Position numbers and translations under genes: made by a program. A DNA stretch of 40,805 nucleotides, taken from assembly GCA_032718475.1 (NCBI GenBank), contig JAUCBJ010007159.1, positions 1-40,805 of the forward strand, written 5' to 3'. Position 1 is the stretch's first letter, and each line of letters starts with the position of its first letter. Positions 35,640-40,805 of this stretch are shown here, one piece after another. The DNA is from Nemertoderma westbladi. Taxonomy: Eukaryota > Animalia > Xenacoelomorpha. Below the pieces are notes generated by a model. The model was not told the DNA's origin. It made no database searches and saw only the letters and a list, made by a program, of their open reading frames with translations.

Positions 35640-36481
35640 ACCTGCTGTCCTGAGACGAGCCTCAAAGGTTATGCGCCCTCGATCCATCAGTCATCCGATA
35701 AACGTGTCGATATCGCAGTTCCACCACAGGAGAGAAGTGGACCTCCTATGGATATTGATCAACCGGGTACCTCGACCGGTGGATACACCGACCGCAACCA
35801 AAACCCTTCTGATGCAATTGTATTGCATCCCCTTCCATAAACATCGTTATAGAAAGAAGGATTGATTATTTAGAGTAGTAAATTTATTAGAAACTGTGAC
35901 TCTATGTATATTTTATAGACATAAGTCTCATTTTCTGGGAGCGGTTTTAATGCTTTTGAGGCTAAAATGTGGCGTTTTTGTGCAATTCGCGAACTACTCT
36001 AAAAGGGCCAGCATTATTTCGAAGTATTAGAGAATGTATAGACTTATGCCCTCTAGCGTCTGTTTTAGTACAGAGCTGCCATGACGAAATTAGCCAGCTG
36101 TTTCTTTATGCGTAGTGCCTATGTTATATTTCGGCCAATCAACGCGATTTTCAATTTGCGAATTCTTTGTTTACATATGTACTTTATATACTGTAATGCG
36201 ACAAAATCCTTCATTCCTGACTTTCTGACTTTGCCCAGAACATCAGCGGCCAGAGAGAATCATAGAATGCAAGTCAATTAACTAACCACATTCAACATAT
36301 CCTGACTCAAACATCCTGACATTCTGACACTGCCGGCGCCGCATCCCTTATACTGTTTTTATACTGTTATTATATACTGTGTTTGTAACTCAATTAATCG
36401 ATGCTTATATTTGGAGAATATTTATGAATAACCAATAATTCCCTTGACTTTCTTGATTATTGAGGTAAGCAGAGGGTAACA
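35640..36481 (+). mobile_element. 3' remnant of a second, diverged BEL family: end of extra ORF, PPT and LTR (35945-36481)
   Basis: 35772-35944 is homologous to 31259-31504; LTR shares ccaatc...tttt and atatttgga motifs and ends GGTAACA. Confidence 0.75.
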
Positions 36482-36482
36482 T

Positions 36483-36750
36483 TAGCGCCAGAAGTGTAGC
36501 AATAGCGTAAGGAACAATGTGGTGAGTGAAGCGGGTTAACTATATTGATCAATTACACGAGTAAGCATAGATATATATATAACGCAAACACAGTCAGACG
36601 AAGTAACAACAACAGATCGGTCATCGGTACGCAACACGTTCTGCTGTACCGGTACTACACAGACAGACCTATACTTCTATCTGGTAGTTGGCAGTGCCGT
36701 CAGTACCAGGGATGGCAGATAGACGGGCAGGGCCTAAACCGGCTGGCGCA
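36483..36750 (-). repeat. Probable 3' LTR of the Gypsy element
   Basis: On the minus strand a purine-rich tract agaggtaaaaagacaaaagaa precedes TGCGCCAG; imperfect terminal inverted repeat gcgccag/ctggcgc. Partner LTR would lie outside the window. Confidence 0.5.
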
Positions 36751-36990
36751 ATTTCTTTTGTCTTTTTACCTCTGGGTATTTCTCCTGTTCGGTATACAAC
36801 ACAAACTATCGGTTTGTAACGAATATTACGTAATTAGGAAAGGACTCGTACTTAACAAACGAAAACAAATTCAAAAATACAAACGAAGCAATTAAACTAG
36901 CGTAAATAATATGTAAGCGCATAACTAAGATAGATAGATAGGGAGTTATGAGACTGCTAACAAAAACTTTAGTAACAAAAAAAAAACAGT

Positions 36991-37064
36991 TGGCTTTCCT
37001 AAGGATCGAACTCGAGACCGACAGGTTGCGGTTCGGGCGCTCCGCCACCTGAGCTACAGGGGTT
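36991..37064 (-). pseudogene. tRNA-derived SINE-like sequence
   Basis: A box TAGCTCAGGTGG, B box GAGTTCGATCC, followed by a T run; acceptor and anticodon stems do not pair well. Confidence 0.6.
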
Positions 37065-37364
37065 ATTAAGGTCAACTAAATCAATAGTAAATTTTACAAG
37101 GTAAAATATCACTCAAAAATGACTGCGCTAAAATTATAAATTTGAGTTTATGACAACACCTAAAGCATGACCAAAACTATGGTGGGGTACAACGAAACAA
37201 CCTAATGGTAGGGCGAAGGCTAGTTTAGAATTGGGAGTCCATTATAAGTCGGGTAGGACGTATGTAAGTAGAACAAATTCAGAACTGTGAATGGAACTGG
37301 AGACAGGCTGCGTTGGGGCGAGTCATGTGACAAGGTGCAACTGTCCGGGAACGTGGGAGGTGCG

Positions 37365-40300
37365 TCAGGGAAACCCGTAGTATTGCGGAGGGCGACGTTC
37401 TCTACGAGGACGGGTGTTGGGTGGGTCAGATGAAGAAGCACTGTGCAATGGCTGCTCAGGGACGTCGTTTAACTGTGGGGTGGACTCTAGGGCTGGTTGG
37501 AACGCGACAGGGGGTGCCACGCCGGGTGTAGCATGAGCGTGGAGTGTGGAACACTCATCAGTCTCGGAATCAGAATCCTCAGTGTATGACGTGGATGGCG
37601 GTTGGAGACGAGGTACAAGGAAACAATCGGCCTGGCGGACGCGGTATGCGTGAGCGCGGAGCTGGCTGCCCGCGAATTTACGAACGGAACACCACGTGTC
37701 ATCGATAGCGCTGACGATATATCGTGGACGAGCGCCGGCACAGGGGGAATCGGCATATAAATGGACGAGGTCGCCCACCTTGAGGGAGGTAAATCCTGGG
37801 AGTACCGTAGGGTGGGGGGTCTTTGAGCGGGCGCTGGAGGGGTGGTTGGCTAGGCGTCGCTCATGTTGGGAGGCTATGAGCTCGGTATCGACGAGAGGAA
37901 TCTGTTCGCCCGTGTATTGGTCCCGCTGGAATAAAATCTCGCGGGCGGATAGGCCAGGGGAGCGTAGACGAGAGTTAAGGTTTGCAACAGCGATTGCGAG
38001 AGATGTGGATGAGAATGGGCCGCCAGTGGGACGGAGTCGGAGGAGTTCGGTGAGTAGTTCGCAGATAGCGTGTTCGGCGACTGGGTTTTTGTTTACATTC
38101 TTGCGGGATCCGATCTCAAGGAGGAGGTGGTGGGATAGGAGGATTGGGTCGTTGGCGAGGGCTTGGAACCCTGGGGCTGGGTCGGTGCGGATGATAGCCG
38201 GGGGGCCACTAAGGGGGCACATGCCAAAGGCAAGGGTGATTAAGGCATCACGTAGGGTATCGCTCTGTTCATCTGGAAGTATAACGGCATTTGAGTACGA
38301 CGATACCGTTTCCCGTAACAGGAGGATACGTTGGGAATGGCGGCGCAGGACGTCGGCAGCGAATGATAGGCCGACGATGGGGGGCGGATCAATGGATGAC
38401 TGGGGTACGGTACGCTTGGGGGCAGTTGAGAGGGCGACGCACTGGTGACATTGCACGGTAATCTCATTGAGAGCGCGGTCGAGGTCCAGGGCGTAGAAAT
38501 ATCGGGAAAAGGTGGAACGCAGCTGGGAACGCGAAGGGTGTTGGAGTTCGATGTGTAGTGAGGTTAGTAAGCCAATAAGAGCAGAGCGGGGAACGACGAT
38601 GACGTCATAGGGTGACGTGAAGGGACGCTGTCGATGGACTACGACAAGGCCAGAGGATAACAGAGAACATACGCCCAGGTAACGCTTGATATCATGGCTA
38701 TGTGTATCGCGTCTGGAGGGACGGGTGCCGGATGCGAGGTTTTCGGCGACACGGATTAGGTCGGGGCACTCGCGTTGTGTGGCGAGCCACGCAGGACGAC
38801 TGGCGTAAAGGGGACGGGGATTTGGGCTATCGGAAGCGATAAAGCAATTCGGGAGGGGGGTAGTGACAGTGTTAACGAGGGACATTGGGGAATGGTTGTC
38901 GTGTGGTAAGGAGGAGGGTGTGGTTGACTTTGCAACGAGACGGACAATAGGCGACTCTATAGCGGAGGCGACGAACGCGCACACCTGGCATGACTGTAGA
39001 GAGCACGGCTGAACGTTGCGGCTTTGGAAGTCTGCCGGGAGGTTGGTAGAACCCTTGATGTGGGATACTGTGACACGGGCCTGGCTGGCGCTGGCGAGGA
39101 ACGTCGATAGACGTGGGCTATTCGAATATGCGCCGCGGGACAACTTTTTGAATGCCTCGACACAGGGTTTACTGTCCGTGAGAACGTGTGGTTGGCGTGA
39201 AGAGGCGATAAGATATGGGAGGAAATGTTGAACGGAGGCCGCTATAGCGAGTGCCTCCAACTCGCAAGGAAGCCATGTATGTTGGTGGGCCTTGAGCTTG
39301 CAGGAATAAAACCCGGCGATGAGTAATTCTTTGGAACGTTTCGCGTAGAGGACTGCACCTAGACCATCGACGGACGAGGCGGCGTCGGTGACAAGGAAGA
39401 GTTCGTCAGTAGGACGCGGGATCGTTACTGACCTGCAGGATTGTAGGGCGGCTTGGGATCGTCGAAAGGTAGACTCGAGATCGGGGGTCCAAGCGACAGG
39501 GTCGCCGGCCTTGGGGGTAAGGAGGGCCTCGAGCGGAGAGATAAGGGCAGAACACCGGGGGAGTACGCGGGAGAGAACCTTGTAGGAACCGAGGAACGAC
39601 CGTAGGTCGCGGACGGTGGATGGTGTAGGACAGTGGGATAAGGCAGCTGTGATATGTGGGGAAGCAGATAAGGAACCGCTAGACCATACCCAACCAAGGA
39701 TGGTGGTAGTTTGGGGGCAAATGATGGTTTTCTTTGGGGACAAACGCAACCCGGCAAGGTGTAGGGCGCGGAGGAGGGCGGCGAAATTGAGGAGGAGTTC
39801 GGGGATGGTATCGCCACCGCAGTAGATATCATCGGCGAGTTTGACGACGGATCCCTGGACGAGGAGGTCGCCGAGGACGCGAGACATCAACTCCTCGAGA
39901 GCCGTTTCGCTGCCGGGCATGCCCATGGCACAGCGGCGGTAGACACGGACACCACGAAATGGTGTGGATGCGCCGCAGAAACGCATGGAGTTGCGATGGA
40001 GTGGGATTTGGTAAAAGGCGCTCGTGAGGTCTGCCTTAACGAGGAACTTGAACCGACCCAGGGCTCGAATGGTGGATTCAACATCTGGGAGGAGTGCGGG
40101 TTGGGGCTTACAATACTGGGCAATCTCTGTGAACGCCGTAACGAGCCGAGTTCCTCCATTGGGTTTAGCGACAAGGAAGCTTGGGTTCAAGTACTCTATG
40201 GTGACACCGGCTAGTTCTGGGCGAATGAAGACGCCAAGCCGCTCGAGAGAGTCAAACTTCTCCTGCAGTTCAACGAGTCGGTCACGGGAGTATTGCGGTA

Positions 40301-40805
40301 CACGACCCTTACGTTGAGGTGGCAACGTAGGGGTCACGTTGTCTACAGCTTCGAATGGGCCGGCAGACCCATTGTATCCGGGATACGTGGGATCGAAGAC
40401 GTCAGAAAACTCCTCGAGTAGATCGTGGAAGGCAGCACGCTCACGGTAAGAGAGGATGCCCTGTGGGTCGATCTGGACTGCCTTTATAGGTGGAGGGTCA
40501 TGGGAGACAACGGAAGCAGAGCGGATTTCGGGACAGGGTAAGGACTGTTCAAGTTGTTTCATGGGGGTAGCTGCAGTGGGTAGGGCGGAGCAGACATGGG
40601 AGTTCCGTTGAATGAAGATGGGGTAGGGAGCAGAGTTTGGAATGGTAATGGAACCGGCTGCGGGTTGGAGCTGCATGGGGGGGAACCACGGCTTGGGGGG
40701 AGTTACGTGCGACCGTTGGTTAATCACATGGGGTGTCACAAGGAGAGAGTCGGAATCCGAGAGATGGGCTGGAAGCTGTAATGTGAGGGCGTCGCCGGGG
40801 AGAAG
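37365..40805 (-). CDS. Ty3/Gypsy-type Pol (RT-RNase H-integrase), 5' end outside the window
   Basis: NPSFLV, ADLTSAFYQIPL, AMGMPGS, LADD; RNase H TDAA/CELE/TDSKP/ADFQSR; integrase H-x4-H...CHQC, AADV, TDPAPGF, AEHAI; RT-RH-IN order. Confidence 0.93.
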   Translation of the reverse strand, partial: LLPGDALTLQLPAHLSDSDSLLVTPHVINQRSHVTPPKPWFPPMQLQPAAGSITIPNSAPYPIFIQRNSHVCSALPTAATPMKQLEQSLPCPEIRSASVVSHDPPPIKAVQIDPQGILSYRERAAFHDLLEEFSDVFDPTYPGYNGSAGPFEAVDNVTPTLPPQRKGRVPQYSRDRLVELQEKFDSLERLGVFIRPELAGVTIEYLNPSFLVAKPNGGTRLVTAFTEIAQYCKPQPALLPDVESTIRALGRFKFLVKADLTSAFYQIPLHRNSMRFCGASTPFRGVRVYRRCAMGMPGSETALEELMSRVLGDLLVQGSVVKLADDIYCGGDTIPELLLNFAALLRALHLAGLRLSPKKTIICPQTTTILGWVWSSGSLSASPHITAALSHCPTPSTVRDLRSFLGSYKVLSRVLPRCSALISPLEALLTPKAGDPVAWTPDLESTFRRSQAALQSCRSVTIPRPTDELFLVTDAASSVDGLGAVLYAKRSKELLIAGFYSCKLKAHQHTWLPCELEALAIAASVQHFLPYLIASSRQPHVLTDSKPCVEAFKKLSRGAYSNSPRLSTFLASASQARVTVSHIKGSTNLPADFQSRNVQPCSLQSCQVCAFVASAIESPIVRLVAKSTTPSSLPHDNHSPMSLVNTVTTPLPNCFIASDSPNPRPLYASRPAWLATQRECPDLIRVAENLASGTRPSRRDTHSHDIKRYLGVCSLLSSGLVVVHRQRPFTSPYDVIVVPRSALIGLLTSLHIELQHPSRSQLRSTFSRYFYALDLDRALNEITVQCHQCVALSTAPKRTVPQSSIDPPPIVGLSFAADVLRRHSQRILLLRETVSSYSNAVILPDEQSDTLRDALITLAFGMCPLSGPPAIIRTDPAPGFQALANDPILLSHHLLLEIGSRKNVNKNPVAEHAICELLTELLRLRPTGGPFSSTSLAIAVANLNSRLRSPGLSAREILFQRDQYTGEQIPLVDTELIASQHERRLANHPSSARSKTPHPTVLPGFTSLKVGDLVHLYADSPCAGARPRYIVSAIDDTWCSVRKFAGSQLRAHAYRVRQADCFLVPRLQPPSTSYTEDSDSETDECSTLHAHATPGVAPPVAFQPALESTPQLNDVPEQPLHSASSSDPPNTRPRRERRPPQYYGFP

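Noticed and set aside
36991-37064. Functional tRNA gene
   Set aside because: Acceptor and anticodon stems do not pair; treated as tRNA-derived, as is 3483-3555
37696-38448. 250-aa plus-strand ORF and other short ORFs overlapping the Gypsy and BEL pol genes
   Set aside because: Shadow frames of long coding sequence

Overview
Animal-type (probably invertebrate) nuclear DNA, AT-rich and dominated by nested mobile elements. The one clearly recognisable host gene is an intronless FAM76A/B homologue (7472-8530, minus). A 22.5-kb CACTA/EnSpm-like DNA transposon (9917-32399; 11-bp TIRs, CA duplication) splits a decayed host-like reading frame. It carries a 3-4-exon accessory gene, a 34-bp minisatellite, RTE-type LINE pieces and a young, unusually long (~16.9 kb) BEL/Pao LTR retrotransposon. 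The BEL element has an upstream ORF, a densely structured RNA island in front of a gag-pol frame with no early AUG, and an extra 3' gene whose C-terminal motif shows synonymous-biased conservation in a second BEL family remnant (35640-36481). The right end is a Ty3/Gypsy pol running off the window. The left end holds the least explained unit: an array of TGACACCC palindromes, an AT-rich tract, a CCAAT/TATA promoter and an intronless 569-aa orphan ORF that by eye resembles tandem PC4/PUR-like ssDNA-binding modules. All family assignments are by motif recognition only; no searches were run.
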